A stretch of 64,000 nt of DNA from an uncultured Patescibacteria group bacterium. GTDB lineage: Bacteria; Patescibacteriota; Microgenomatia; UBA10105; UBA927. Numbering within the stretch: position 1 is the first letter of the stretch; each line of letters starts with the position of its first letter. The stretch spans positions 1,711 through 65,710 of the forward strand of contig CAKZSU010000002.1 in assembly GCA_937921305.1 (NCBI GenBank). Reading direction: 5' to 3'. Positions 38,501-49,639 of the stretch are shown here, one piece after another. A program made the translations under genes and the position numbers. Below the pieces are notes generated by a model that worked only from the letters and a program-made list of their open reading frames with translations, had not been told where the DNA came from and ran no database searches.

Positions 38501-40840
38501 TTAGAGCGTTTGATAAATAACGGTGTTTCCAGATCTGAATACCTCACGAGATTCGCTCATTATATCATCCTCTCTCAAGTTCTGAAACTTCTGTCGTTCA
38601 AGCGTTCCGATTACAATATATCGAACAGCGTATTTTTGGAGAATGCGACGACGCTGATAAGCATCACCTTCATATACCAATCGCACCTCGTCTCTTCTCG
38701 GAGCGACAACATCATATGATCCTCGCCACAACCACTCATGCACCGCCCATCCAATAATTGTAGGAGCGCCTGCAAACGCGCTCATTGTGTTGTAATCGGT
38801 ATAACTTTCTCCATCCGCTTCCACAATCACAGGAATGCTATTGAGATGACGGGTAAAAAACGTATCGCGAACATGAACATCCTGTTTCGCTAATCCTCTT
38901 AAAAATGTGTCTGATGTCCGATATCCGACGCCAGACATCTGCCCTCTTAACCAACGCATGGCAGCGTAATCGTCTGGATAGTCTCTCGCAAACCATTGCA
39001 GTCCATCCAACCCCCTATAAACCTGCAATCCGCCAAAATATGACCGTACGGAAAAAAATGGATATATAGACACTAAAAATAACTGTGGCATAAGAAGGAT
39101 GAAAAAGGTTCGCTTCCCCCACAAACGAAGCATAGATGTTTTTTGTTGTTTTGATCGCTCTAACATCTGAACAATGATATACGCGGAAAGCAACGAACAT
39201 ATAATAAACGCCTGATATCCCAACTTAAACATCGTATTGCTTCGGAAATCCGCTGGATAAATATCTTTGAAATAAAAAAATTCCGCAAAGAAAATAAGGC
39301 CAACGGAATAAAGAAATAAAACGATCAACAATCGATTCACTGAATCAACATGAAGATGAATTTGTCCCTTTTCTCGACTGATCCGAATTGTCTTGATTAT
39401 CAACGCAATCCCGCAAAAGAAGAAAAATCCCCACAGAAGCCATATCATCCAAAGCGGCGACCTTTGACACTGCTCAACGGTTTCGAACAACAATGGACCG
39501 ATTTTTGTATTTTCGAAAACTTTTGGCGGGCAGTTCACCGCAAGTCCTGTCGCAAACGACTTGAAATTCAAAAGAAAAGGAAGAGATATAGCGATAAAAC
39601 CAAATGCAACAGACAGAATCTTCGATCCGATATCTTGGATCCACTCCCACGACCACGGTTCGCGCGCGCTCCACCGATACACAAGAATAAGAATACCCAT
39701 AATGCCAAGATAAATCGGACCATCAAGCGCGTTAGTCATAAACAACACACCAACCAGTCCTCCATATAACACAAATGCAACAAGCAATGTTTTATCCTTC
39801 ATCACAAACATAGTGAGAATCGAAGCAATGGCAAGAAGCGCGAATGGAATGCCAAGCACATGCCCATGATTATCTGAAACAACAAATGAATAGCTGGGAA
39901 ACTCGTGAATTGTGAATGGAATAAAGCGCGTCGCGTTAGCGTACCAATAACTATTCATTGATTCCGGAAGTTTCGCGAAGAGTTCGCTTGGCGAGTGCAG
40001 AATCGTCCAAAATGGCGGCGGTGTGTCTTCGTGATGATACCCTTTTGTAAACGCATAAATCGTCTGCATGTTTCCCGATAGCGACACCAAAAACGCGCCA
40101 AGAAGACCTGCAAGGATAAGAAATAATCTTCGAGGTTTTCGTTGCGACAATTGATACCCGAGAACTGTTAATTGAACGCTGATGGAAAACGACATGGTGA
40201 AACACAATGCGAACAATGTCGCAAGCATTAAGTTGTATCCATACGCAAGGTTAATTCCGGAAAGCTTGGAAAGCATTACCATGACAGCGTGTCCGAAATA
40301 GTAGTAATTAATCGTTCCTCCCGCGTACCACATGTCTGGCGGCGGGAAGTAGGGAGCATTCAAAATCGACTGGGCAAACCCGTAATCCATAAACTTTTCC
40401 AAACTTCGAATATCCGGCTCATGCGCTTTGATGAAACTCCAGAAGAACAAACAACAAAAAAAGAAGATCTCAAGAAGCATGAAGCGATTGAGATGAATGT
40501 TTCTTATTCGAGATTGTTTTTTATTATCACTTTGAGATTGTCTCCAAAGATGAAAACCGCGAATGCCACCCTGATGCAAAAAGACACCAATAATCAGCAA
40601 CAATATAACACTTCCAATAATCGTTATTTGGGTAAACGGAAGAATCTTAAAACTCCCAAGATACCAAGAGATAAGCATCGTTCCCGCGATCCCAATAACC
40701 TTCGAAAGCGAATATCCCTCGTCCCACCATGAAGAAAAGAACAATCGAGCAAGAGGAAACGCAGCGGCGCCAATAAAAAATATTACTACCCACCAGAGAA
40801 GGATAAAAAAGAAATCAACAGAGAAGACATCAAAGTTCAT
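38501..40840 (-). CDS. large polytopic membrane protein, GT-C-like (DUF2298-like by recollection)
   Basis: 779 aa. TM1 is followed by SSWWDEGYS (DE motif). More than 12 TM helices. C-terminal soluble domain with HEWLWRGSYD. Confidence 0.45.
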   Translation of the reverse strand: MNFDVFSVDFFFILLWWVVIFFIGAAAFPLARLFFSSWWDEGYSLSKVIGIAGTMLISWYLGSFKILPFTQITIIGSVILLLIIGVFLHQGGIRGFHLWRQSQSDNKKQSRIRNIHLNRFMLLEIFFFCCLFFWSFIKAHEPDIRSLEKFMDYGFAQSILNAPYFPPPDMWYAGGTINYYYFGHAVMVMLSKLSGINLAYGYNLMLATLFALCFTMSFSISVQLTVLGYQLSQRKPRRLFLILAGLLGAFLVSLSGNMQTIYAFTKGYHHEDTPPPFWTILHSPSELFAKLPESMNSYWYANATRFIPFTIHEFPSYSFVVSDNHGHVLGIPFALLAIASILTMFVMKDKTLLVAFVLYGGLVGVLFMTNALDGPIYLGIMGILILVYRWSAREPWSWEWIQDIGSKILSVAFGFIAISLPFLLNFKSFATGLAVNCPPKVFENTKIGPLLFETVEQCQRSPLWMIWLLWGFFFFCGIALIIKTIRISREKGQIHLHVDSVNRLLIVLFLYSVGLIFFAEFFYFKDIYPADFRSNTMFKLGYQAFIICSLLSAYIIVQMLERSKQQKTSMLRLWGKRTFFILLMPQLFLVSIYPFFSVRSYFGGLQVYRGLDGLQWFARDYPDDYAAMRWLRGQMSGVGYRTSDTFLRGLAKQDVHVRDTFFTRHLNSIPVIVEADGESYTDYNTMSAFAGAPTIIGWAVHEWLWRGSYDVVAPRRDEVRLVYEGDAYQRRRILQKYAVRYIVIGTLERQKFQNLREDDIMSESREVFRSGNTVIYQTL

Positions 40841-40880
40841 AGAGCATACTTATAGTAATATAATTATATACAGGGAAAAC

Positions 40881-42521
40881 ATGAAGCGCAATAAAAAAAA
40901 AATTCATTTTCACCACCTCATCTATCTCGGTTTTTTTCTCTTCTCGTTTTACCTCATGACACATACCTTTGGCTACGATTCAAAGAAACATCATATCGTT
41001 ATCGCATCTCGATTATGGAGTGATTTTGGCGCGCACATCCCGCTCATTCGCTCGTTTTCTTTTGGAGACAATTGGCCACCGGAGTACCCATTATTTCCAG
41101 GAGAAAAGATTCGCTATCACTTTCTGTTTTATTTCATCGCGGGGATGCTGGAACGGATAGGAGTTCGGATCGATTGGGCTATAAATATTCCAAGCATTCT
41201 TGGTTTTTTCCTTCTTCTTATTATGATCTATAAACTTGGAACCCTTCTCTTTGAGAGAAAAATTGTCGGCGCGATAGCTGTTGTCTTTTTCCTCTTTAAT
41301 GGATCGCTCTCGTTTCTAAAATTTTTTGAAAAACATCCGCTCGGGCCATCAACGATTCGCGATATTCTCACGCTTAATCAATTTCCAACGTTTGGACCAT
41401 GGAGCGGAGATCTCGTCACCGCGTTTACACACTTGAATGTATACACAAATCAACGTCACCTTGCGCCATCATTCGCAATTTCCCTCTTCATCATATACGC
41501 GCTTATGAAGCGAGAAAAACAGCATCACGGTAAAAAAATAGCATCAATCATTCCACTCTCACTTGGCATCGGCATGTTGGTTGGCAGCCTCTTTTTTCTG
41601 AATCACCCTGTGCTTCTTATTACTGTCATTTTCTGTTGCTATCTTTTTCTTTTTCATGCAACAACGCGAGCTCCTCTGTTGATTGCCGGCATAACAAGTC
41701 TTCCTTTTCTTTTCCTGTTTTTTAAGATATTTCAACCATCAGGAATGCCTGTTTGGGATATTGGCTACCTATCAAAAAAACCATTTGCATGGACTACATT
41801 CTTTGAATTTTGGCTCCATAATTTTGGATTTCATCTTTTTCTTATTCCTATTGGATTCCTTCTCGCGCCAAAACGGATCCGCTTTCTTTTTCTCCCCATG
41901 CTCATCCTCTTCACGATTCCAAACATGTATCGCTTTTCACCTGATATGATCAATAATCATAAATTTTTTAATTTCTTTACCATCATCGGCGGCATGTACA
42001 GCGCGCATGTTCTCTTCAGACTATTTCAAATTCGCTTTGTTTTTTTTAAGATTCTGGCGATTGCGCTTCTTTTCTTCTCTACATTCTCAGGGATATTGGA
42101 CTTTATAGTAATTCACAATGATTACTATATTTTCATGCAAGACATCCCAAAAAATAAAGATGCCGCGTTTATCGCCGACTTTACCGAAAGAGACGCCGTG
42201 ATTCTTAACAGCACATGGTTCCATCCAGCGTCAATCGCGGGAAGAAAAATTTATAATGGGTACTTATTCTTCACTTGGTCAGCAGGATACCCAGCATTTG
42301 AACGAGAAGCAGTTGTGAAAATGATTTACCAATCAGAGGATCGCAAAACTATATGCTCACTCCTTCAACGAGAAGGAATATCATATGTGGAGCTCAATCG
42401 AAACCCTGAAAAATTTTTAGAGCCTATTGGTATGATCTGGGAAACATTTAAACCATGGTACGATAATAAAAAAACCGGGATGAGACTCTATAGAACACAA
42501 GATCTTTGTGAGCACCTATGA
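40881..42521 (+). CDS. polytopic membrane protein, putative GT-C glycosyltransferase
   Basis: 546 aa with many TM helices. Arranged divergently from, and adjacent to, other GT-C genes. Confidence 0.4.
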   Translation: MKRNKKKIHFHHLIYLGFFLFSFYLMTHTFGYDSKKHHIVIASRLWSDFGAHIPLIRSFSFGDNWPPEYPLFPGEKIRYHFLFYFIAGMLERIGVRIDWAINIPSILGFFLLLIMIYKLGTLLFERKIVGAIAVVFFLFNGSLSFLKFFEKHPLGPSTIRDILTLNQFPTFGPWSGDLVTAFTHLNVYTNQRHLAPSFAISLFIIYALMKREKQHHGKKIASIIPLSLGIGMLVGSLFFLNHPVLLITVIFCCYLFLFHATTRAPLLIAGITSLPFLFLFFKIFQPSGMPVWDIGYLSKKPFAWTTFFEFWLHNFGFHLFLIPIGFLLAPKRIRFLFLPMLILFTIPNMYRFSPDMINNHKFFNFFTIIGGMYSAHVLFRLFQIRFVFFKILAIALLFFSTFSGILDFIVIHNDYYIFMQDIPKNKDAAFIADFTERDAVILNSTWFHPASIAGRKIYNGYLFFTWSAGYPAFEREAVVKMIYQSEDRKTICSLLQREGISYVELNRNPEKFLEPIGMIWETFKPWYDNKKTGMRLYRTQDLCEHL

Positions 42522-44299
42522 AAATAAACCAATTCTTAATTCCTTTATGGTGTATCGTAATTGCGTTTGGCGCGATCACGCGATGGCATGGTAACGACTG
42601 GGACCAAGGGAATCACCTGCATCCAGACGAACGTTTTTTAACCATGGTCGCAAACGCTATGGAGTGGCCAATAACGATTCAAGAATACTTGAATACAGGC
42701 GAATCAAAACTCAATCCACATAACATTGGCTTTCCTTTTTATGTGTATGGCACATGGCCGGTTATCTTCGTCAAATACGTTGCGGAGTCATTAGGAAAAG
42801 GAGATTATTATCATCTTACGCTCATTGGACGATTATTGTCGGGATTGACTGATCTTTTCATCTGCATCTTCATCTTTTTAATCGGAAAAAGATTATCATT
42901 TCTTTTATATAGTTATGTAAATCATTCTCGTCATATCATTGTAGGACTCGTCGCTATGACCCTCTATATTCTTATGGCGCTTCCGATCCAACTTTCTCAC
43001 TTCTTCACAACCGATCCATATGTTACGGTGTTTCTTGTTGTATGCGTCTATCTTCTTCTCTTTTCACCTTCATGGAAAACCGGAGCGCTTCTCGGCGTTT
43101 TTGCAAGTCTCGCGGTATCAGCAAAAATCTCTGGTGTTTTAATCCTTCCAATCATTGGCGTTAGCCCCCTTCTCTATTTGGTATATAAAAAAAAACTATA
43201 TGATAAAAAGAATGCTTTCAAATATATAAAGAAAAAGAGTATTCAATTGTTCATTTTTTATATTTTATTTTCAATCTTTTTTATTTTGTCATTTCGAATT
43301 CTTATGCCCTACCTTTTTGATTCTTCTCAGATATTTTCTTTCAATCAAAAAACACTTGATAACTGGCGGACATTGAACAGTTTTGACGATCCGAATGGAT
43401 GGTTTCCCCCGGCGGTGCAATGGATCAATCAACCGAAACTCATTGCGCCGCTTTTCATGATCTTTTTCATCGGTCTTGGCCCGCCGCTTGGCATCCTTAT
43501 CACTGTTTCTCTTATATGGATGGTTACACAACTAAAACATGCCATCATTCTCCTTTTGCCTTTCTCATTTATTGGCATAATCTTTTTCTATCACGCGATG
43601 GGATTCGCCTTCCCTCTGCGATATTTTTGGCCTATGTATCCCATGCTCGCAATCATTTGCGGTCTTTGGATTGAGTCAATGTATCATCGATACGCTCATC
43701 GGCGGATCGTGTTAATTGGTTTAACAATTATTATCTTGCTCCTCCTTGTCTGGCCAACCGCAGTTCTTTTGCTATATGCTCGTCCTCATAGTAGAGTAAC
43801 AGCGTCTCAATGGATCTATGAAAACATCCCTGAAGGAAGTGCGATCAGTTATGAATATTGGGATGATCCTCTCCCGCTCCATCTTCCAGAATCTCCCGGA
43901 AGCAAAATCTATAAAGGTGTTGAGCTTCCCATGTATTTTCCCGATACAGAAGAAAAATGGATCGAGATAGAGACAAAACTTGAAGAAATCGATTACGTTA
44001 TCTTGTCCAGCAATCGCGTCTACGGATCGATTCTTTCAGCGCCGGAACGATACCCAAAAACGGCAAAGTTTTATCGTGACCTCTTTTCAGAACGACTTCC
44101 GTTTGAAAAAATTGCAGAATTCACTTCGAGACCTTCGCTTCCGCTCCCTATTAATCTTTGCATTCCAATACCATGGTTTTCGTATGGGAAAATAAACCAA
44201 TCGCATGTCTGTCAAGGCATCGAATTTATCGATGATTATGTCGAAGAATCATGGACCGTGTACGATCATCCAAAAGTGACAATATTTAAGAGAAAATAG
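42518..44299 (+). CDS. polytopic membrane protein, GT-C-like with HPDERF motif after TM1
   Basis: 593 aa. NDWDQGNHLHPDERF acidic motif in the first loop. 4-nt overlap with the upstream gene. Confidence 0.45.
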   Translation: MKINQFLIPLWCIVIAFGAITRWHGNDWDQGNHLHPDERFLTMVANAMEWPITIQEYLNTGESKLNPHNIGFPFYVYGTWPVIFVKYVAESLGKGDYYHLTLIGRLLSGLTDLFICIFIFLIGKRLSFLLYSYVNHSRHIIVGLVAMTLYILMALPIQLSHFFTTDPYVTVFLVVCVYLLLFSPSWKTGALLGVFASLAVSAKISGVLILPIIGVSPLLYLVYKKKLYDKKNAFKYIKKKSIQLFIFYILFSIFFILSFRILMPYLFDSSQIFSFNQKTLDNWRTLNSFDDPNGWFPPAVQWINQPKLIAPLFMIFFIGLGPPLGILITVSLIWMVTQLKHAIILLLPFSFIGIIFFYHAMGFAFPLRYFWPMYPMLAIICGLWIESMYHRYAHRRIVLIGLTIIILLLLVWPTAVLLLYARPHSRVTASQWIYENIPEGSAISYEYWDDPLPLHLPESPGSKIYKGVELPMYFPDTEEKWIEIETKLEEIDYVILSSNRVYGSILSAPERYPKTAKFYRDLFSERLPFEKIAEFTSRPSLPLPINLCIPIPWFSYGKINQSHVCQGIEFIDDYVEESWTVYDHPKVTIFKRK

Positions 44300-44305
44300 T
44301 AGATT

Positions 44306-44989
44306 TCATCGCTTCGCTTTTATATGACCAACATGAGGAACGCCGCGAGTTGGAATGATATCAACAGTAAATCCAGCTTTATAAAGGAGATTGACAATCA
44401 TCTCTTTTGTCTTTTCTTCAAATTCATGATACTCCATGCTTAGTTTCTTTATCTTCTTCAACGCGGGCAGTGAATGATCGTTGATCATGTCATATTCGCA
44501 TCCTTCACAATCCATTTTGAAAAAATCTATGCGCTTATACCGCTTAATAAGCTCAAAAAGAGATATGGGTCTATCAATAACGTGAATAGTAGAGACATTA
44601 TTTTCTTGAATATTCTTTCGAAGTAACGCAAGATAAGTTGGATCAATTTCAACCGCAACAACCGTTGCCGATGGATATCGTTTCGCAACACTGATGGAAA
44701 AATCACCAAATCCAGCGCCAACATCAACAATTACCTTATCGTCATGTTCTACATGAACAAATAATGATTCGTATTCTTGATCAAGAATTACCTCTTTTGC
44801 AACTAATAAGTCGAGTACCGAATGAAAAGAAAGCGTAATCTGGTATGGGCGATAGAATACTAGTTTTTTGATAGTAAGTATTGGAAGGAAGTGAACAGAC
44901 CCCAGCAATGCATGTAATGAAGCAATATAATACGGGAAACGATAAAATTTCGGAAGATTTTTTTGTACCATGCTACTTTTCCAAAACAA
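44306..44989 (-). CDS. FkbM-family methyltransferase
   Basis: VDVGAGFGDFS SAM-binding motif and the Methyltransf_21-like pattern FKMDCEGCEYDMI. Confidence 0.7.
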   Translation of the reverse strand: MFWKSSMVQKNLPKFYRFPYYIASLHALLGSVHFLPILTIKKLVFYRPYQITLSFHSVLDLLVAKEVILDQEYESLFVHVEHDDKVIVDVGAGFGDFSISVAKRYPSATVVAVEIDPTYLALLRKNIQENNVSTIHVIDRPISLFELIKRYKRIDFFKMDCEGCEYDMINDHSLPALKKIKKLSMEYHEFEEKTKEMIVNLLYKAGFTVDIIPTRGVPHVGHIKAKR

Positions 44990-45806
44990 GAATAATATTT
45001 ACTGTTGAAACATCGTCTGCTTCTGTATCTCGATTTTTATGATCTCTCACATATATAAAGGATCGAAGGAAAGAAAAGAACTTTGAATGATGATTCAGAG
45101 ATCGAAACCGATAACATTCAGGCAACAATCCTAACTCAACAATATTTTTCCCAATGCTATACAGCAAGAAATGAGAAAAAGGAATGCAGTAATGCGTCGA
45201 GAGAAAAACACGACGAACCGAAAATCCAACGGAACGCGCTTTATCAATAAGTTCGTTTTTTTCATACAATCGTTCATGATCCGCCCAAATGCCGGCAAGC
45301 CACCAGATATCCTTTGGCACATGCGTATGAAACATCCGCTCCAATACCCAATTCAACGGATCCCAGAAAAATGGATAATGCTTATTTGGAACCGTGATCA
45401 CAGCAATTCCACCTTTTTTCAAAACGCGATACATTTCGGATAATCCTTTGGTATCGTCTGGAAGATGTTCAAGCACTTCTGTCGCAAACACGCGATCAAA
45501 TCTATTTGCCTTCCACGGGAGATTGAGTGCGTCCGCGTTAAGAAATTCAATATGCTGAGATTGATTCATCTTTCTTGCAATATCCAAATATCGATCATTC
45601 GTGTCGATTGCGACAAGCCGAAGATTCTGATATAAGAAAGAAAGTAATCCTTCATAATATCCTCGCCCGCACCCAATTTCCAACACCTTCTCTCTCCCGG
45701 AAAGACGAAGCGATTGAACAAGAATTCTTGCCCGCCTTGCAAACGCTGGGTCAAGCTCGTGAAAAAGATAAGAAGATAGCTTATCTTCTACCAAATCGAT
45801 CTTCAT
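44973..45806 (-). CDS. class I SAM-dependent methyltransferase
   Basis: VLEIGCGRGYY motif I. Later LKKGGIAVI motif. Confidence 0.7.
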   Translation of the reverse strand: MKIDLVEDKLSSYLFHELDPAFARRARILVQSLRLSGREKVLEIGCGRGYYEGLLSFLYQNLRLVAIDTNDRYLDIARKMNQSQHIEFLNADALNLPWKANRFDRVFATEVLEHLPDDTKGLSEMYRVLKKGGIAVITVPNKHYPFFWDPLNWVLERMFHTHVPKDIWWLAGIWADHERLYEKNELIDKARSVGFSVRRVFLSTHYCIPFSHFLLYSIGKNIVELGLLPECYRFRSLNHHSKFFSFLRSFIYVRDHKNRDTEADDVSTVNIILVLEK

Positions 45807-46924
45807 CTCGCCACCTCTTGAATTAGTTTCTCATACTTATCGAGTGTTTTTGCATAGTCAAACATCGATAGAACTTTGTCCTTGTTTTTCTTATACCGCG
45901 ATGGATTTCGCACTACTTCGCATATTCCCCTCGCAAGATCTTCTGGATCTTCGGGCTTTACCAAGACACCCATACCAGTTTCTTTCACTGGGACGCGTGC
46001 GCCGGGAATATCTGTCGCCACCACAGGAACGCCGGCAAGCATCGCTTCTACCTGAACAAATGCAAGACAATCGCTTCGCGACGGTAACACAAATACATCA
46101 AGGCTTGTATAAAACGAAGGCATCTCTTCTTGCGAACGCTTGCCTAAAAACAAAAGATATGGACGGAAACGCTCGATGAGCGGCAACATTCGCTCATAAA
46201 ACCGCTCGTATGACATGCGCGTTTCCCCAGAAAACACAAAAAGCGCGTTAGGATATTTTTTTAACACAAAAGGAATAGATTTAATCAATATATCAAACCC
46301 TTTTTCCTCGACAAATCTTCCCGCAAACCCAATGATTGGTGTCTTTCCTTTCGGAAGAGCAAGCGTCTTCCTCCGTTGTCTATCATCCTGAGGAAACAAT
46401 GAAAGAATTGCGGTTGTTTTATGGAGAAATCGAGACAAAAATCGAGAATGTTTTGCATAATCGTCGCTGTAAGCGATCAATCGATCCGCAAGTATTCCAG
46501 CGATGCGACTTGAATAATCAAATATCAATTCAATCATTCTATTGATCGCTCCTTTTGGAAGAATCAAATCGCCATTATGAATAATGATCATCTTCTTTTT
46601 TTGAATTTTAGCCATCGCGATGATCAAAACAACTTCGGCAAGTGGCGTGTACACGATCACGCAGTCAGCATCGTTTATCAAGCTCCATGACTTAAACACA
46701 AACGATGGGGACACAAGAGTACGAGACAAACGAAACCATACAGGACAACGAATCACTTGAACACCTCGAATTGTTTCAACAAGAGGAAGCGACGCGTCAT
46801 GCTGCGTCGCGATGACGCGAACCGAATAACCTCGATCGACAAGTCCTTCGGCAAGACGCCTCGCGTGCTCCGTGAGTCCTGTCCAATGCGGCGTGTAATA
46901 CGTAAGAACAAATAGTAGTTTCAT
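45803..46924 (-). CDS. GT4 family glycosyltransferase (GT-B fold)
   Basis: C-terminal FVLPSRSDCLAFVQVEAMLAGVPVVATDIPG carries the E-x7-E motif. Confidence 0.8.
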   Translation of the reverse strand: MKLLFVLTYYTPHWTGLTEHARRLAEGLVDRGYSVRVIATQHDASLPLVETIRGVQVIRCPVWFRLSRTLVSPSFVFKSWSLINDADCVIVYTPLAEVVLIIAMAKIQKKKMIIIHNGDLILPKGAINRMIELIFDYSSRIAGILADRLIAYSDDYAKHSRFLSRFLHKTTAILSLFPQDDRQRRKTLALPKGKTPIIGFAGRFVEEKGFDILIKSIPFVLKKYPNALFVFSGETRMSYERFYERMLPLIERFRPYLLFLGKRSQEEMPSFYTSLDVFVLPSRSDCLAFVQVEAMLAGVPVVATDIPGARVPVKETGMGVLVKPEDPEDLARGICEVVRNPSRYKKNKDKVLSMFDYAKTLDKYEKLIQEVAR

Positions 46925-47508
46925 TGTTTTTTAACAATATACTCCAATGCTTGTTGTAAATATGGAAATTTCTTTTCGTATGGATGGAAACGATCAAGAA
47001 GATTGTAAATCCATAGAATCTCTGTGCTTGTCGTTCTTGACAAGTGCTCAACAATATCAAGATTATCCTCAACAAAATAATCAAATCGATTTTCTTTTAT
47101 AACTCGTTCTTTGTACAGATGGGGTTGATGATCCCGTTCGTTCACGGTAATTGATGAAAATATACGTTCCAAATCGTATCGTCGAAGCCATTGATACAAT
47201 CGATCCTGAAGAAAATGAAATCGCGCGGTCACAAGATGCGCTTCTATCCGATCTTGTTCGACAAACTCCCGCAATAAATCAACGCCATTCGCCGGAAACA
47301 CGCTCGACTCGTGAAGAATTGTCCATAGTATTTTTTCAACACTCGATTGCGGAATGTAAAACTTCGTCTTCTTAATTCCAAGCATGTTTTTTTTCACATA
47401 CGCAATGGGAGCGCGGATAATCCGAAACGGATTATATGCAACGACGCCGTCAAAATCGACGCCAACAACGATACGGTTCTTTTTCTTCATTTGTTTACGC
47501 TCCTCCAA
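46921..47508 (-). CDS. HAD-like phosphatase/nucleotidase-fold protein
   Basis: Motif I VGVDFDGVV. Motif II LVTAR. Acidic motif FVEDN near the C-terminus. Overlaps upstream UbiA gene by 14 nt. Confidence 0.5.
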   Translation of the reverse strand: MEERKQMKKKNRIVVGVDFDGVVAYNPFRIIRAPIAYVKKNMLGIKKTKFYIPQSSVEKILWTILHESSVFPANGVDLLREFVEQDRIEAHLVTARFHFLQDRLYQWLRRYDLERIFSSITVNERDHQPHLYKERVIKENRFDYFVEDNLDIVEHLSRTTSTEILWIYNLLDRFHPYEKKFPYLQQALEYIVKKQ

Positions 47509-48463
47509 TACCGTACACTACAATCATAACCATCGCAAACCAACATATCATCGTAAGAATCAACGGTTTATCTTTTGTTACCAAATTAATTAACACTTCT
47601 TTTCCAGAATAGACTAATTGAAGATACCGCATAATCGCGTATAAAACAAACGGCGCGGTAAGCATCATCCACTTTCTGCCTAAAATTGGAAAAATATAAT
47701 CTGTGTACCCTCGAAAGAGAAATCCGTCTTCCGACACTGTGGAAAGAAAAGTAAAATATGTATAAGCAAGAAAAGACGAACTTGCAAAGACAGAAATATA
47801 TGCATCTAGTATTTTTTCTGGATAATGAAAAGATTCATTACTAAATTGGCGAACAAGAGACAATTCACTCCGTCGTTTTCCTAACGCAAGCAACAACGAA
47901 ACAGAAAGAACCGTCAGGAAAAACCATACAGACATGACAACTCCTCCTGCCTTCTCTCCAGCCATAATCCGCAGCATATACCCAGACGCGATCATTAATA
48001 CATCAATGATAGGAACTTTTCGAAAAAAGAAGTACGAAAGATAATGAAGAAACACAAACATAAACGCGATGAAAAAAAAGGGCTGCCCGACAAAGAACGC
48101 AAGCAAAACCCCACATAATCCAAAAAGAAGCGACGCGCCTAACGCGTCGCGAAATGATAAATCGCTTTTTGCGATCGGACGATTCTTTTTTTGCGGATGC
48201 ATGGCGTCTTGCTTCGCGTCAAGCAAATCATTCAAGATATAGTTTGATGATGATAACAAACAAAATGCAATTGCCCCAATCCCAACAGGAACAAAACGAT
48301 TGACATGAAACAATGTGCCATCGAAAAGAATCGGTAAGAAGAGTCCAAGGTTTTTGATCCACTGTCGCGGGCGAGCCGCCGTAATAATGTGGCGAACGCT
48401 ATTCATGACACGAAAAAAAATAAATCCAATACGGGATATGTATCGTATCATACTCTCATTCAC
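47495..48463 (-). CDS. UbiA-family prenyltransferase, decaprenyl-phosphate phosphoribosyltransferase (DPPR synthase)-like
   Basis: ARPRQWIKN N-terminal motif. NDLLDAKQDAMHPQKKNRPIA matches the ND-x2-D-x3-D...HP-x-K-x2-RPIA signature of Rv3806c-type enzymes. LGKRRSEL second motif. About 8 TM helices. Confidence 0.7.
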   Translation of the reverse strand: MNESMIRYISRIGFIFFRVMNSVRHIITAARPRQWIKNLGLFLPILFDGTLFHVNRFVPVGIGAIAFCLLSSSNYILNDLLDAKQDAMHPQKKNRPIAKSDLSFRDALGASLLFGLCGVLLAFFVGQPFFFIAFMFVFLHYLSYFFFRKVPIIDVLMIASGYMLRIMAGEKAGGVVMSVWFFLTVLSVSLLLALGKRRSELSLVRQFSNESFHYPEKILDAYISVFASSSFLAYTYFTFLSTVSEDGFLFRGYTDYIFPILGRKWMMLTAPFVLYAIMRYLQLVYSGKEVLINLVTKDKPLILTMICWFAMVMIVVYGIGGA

Positions 48464-48521
48464 TTATGATAGAGGAAAATCCCTTCTTTCCTCTCCTCTA
48501 TTATTTGTATATGCTCATGAC

Positions 48522-49616
48522 ATGACTATCGTTGCAGTAAATCCCGGAAGTTCTTCCATAAAACTTGGCGTATATACTGTCAAAGACAACAACCATATAC
48601 AAGAAATAAAAAGAATAACAATTCCTTTAGGGGGAATAACGATTCAAGACAAGCTTTTTCAAGAACTTTCATCATATGATCCTTCTGATACAATATTTGG
48701 CATCCGCATCGTGCATGGAGGATGGAAATATACAACCCCAATTAGTGTTGATGAAGAAGTCTATCGATATCTCGAAACAATCACGCCGCTTGCTCCTCTG
48801 CATTTACCGTTTGCAATTGAAACCATTGATACGATTCGATCCTTTGCTCCATCGTCAAATATTATTGCGGTATTTGATACAGAATTTCATAGCACGATGC
48901 CATCCGTCGCTCGACACTACGCAATTCCAAAAACGATTGCCGACACTTATCATATCTACCGATACGGATTTCATGGACTCGCGTACGCATCAATGCTTCG
49001 ACTCTACGCCACACACTGTGGCATTCCCGAAAATCAAGCAACATTCATTGGTATTCATCTTGGAAGCGGGTGCAGTATGTGTGCCATACAAAATGGACGA
49101 TCAATAGATACGACGATGGGATTTTCACCACTCGAAGGACTGCCATCAAGAACACGATCTGGAACTATTGATCCAAACATCGTTTTATACCTACAACAAC
49201 AGACAGGTCAATCAGTAGAAGCAATCATGACATTGCTCACTCGCGATTCTGGACTCAAAGGGCTTTCGCAAACCGATGGACACATACAACACATTCTTAC
49301 CGCCAACACAGCGGACGCGACATTTACCATTGATTTTCTCATCTATAAGATTCTTGCTGTTATCGGTTCGTATGATATAATTCTTCAAACACAGGCGCCC
49401 CTTGTTCTTTCTGGCGGCATCAGCGAGCATACGCCCACTCTATGGAAACGCCTTACCGATTACCCCTTACTTAGGGTCACTCTTGCTCATCACGCGATTG
49501 ATCATATCACTCGACCATTCGATACAATCTCATCACCCGACTCTCCTCGACCTCTATACATCGCATTTGTGAATGAAGAAGAAGAAATAGCAAGAAAAAT
49601 CTTGAATACGCTGTAA
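48522..49616 (+). CDS. ackA: acetate kinase
   Basis: VAVNPGSSSIK, RIVHGG, FDTEFH, RYGFHGLAY, HLGSGCS, MGFSPLEGL, SRTRSGTIDP and SGGISEHT motifs. Start taken at the internal ATG (MTIVAV...). Confidence 0.85.
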   Translation: MTIVAVNPGSSSIKLGVYTVKDNNHIQEIKRITIPLGGITIQDKLFQELSSYDPSDTIFGIRIVHGGWKYTTPISVDEEVYRYLETITPLAPLHLPFAIETIDTIRSFAPSSNIIAVFDTEFHSTMPSVARHYAIPKTIADTYHIYRYGFHGLAYASMLRLYATHCGIPENQATFIGIHLGSGCSMCAIQNGRSIDTTMGFSPLEGLPSRTRSGTIDPNIVLYLQQQTGQSVEAIMTLLTRDSGLKGLSQTDGHIQHILTANTADATFTIDFLIYKILAVIGSYDIILQTQAPLVLSGGISEHTPTLWKRLTDYPLLRVTLAHHAIDHITRPFDTISSPDSPRPLYIAFVNEEEEIARKILNTL

Positions 49617-49639
49617 CTCTCCATGGTATACTCATCTTC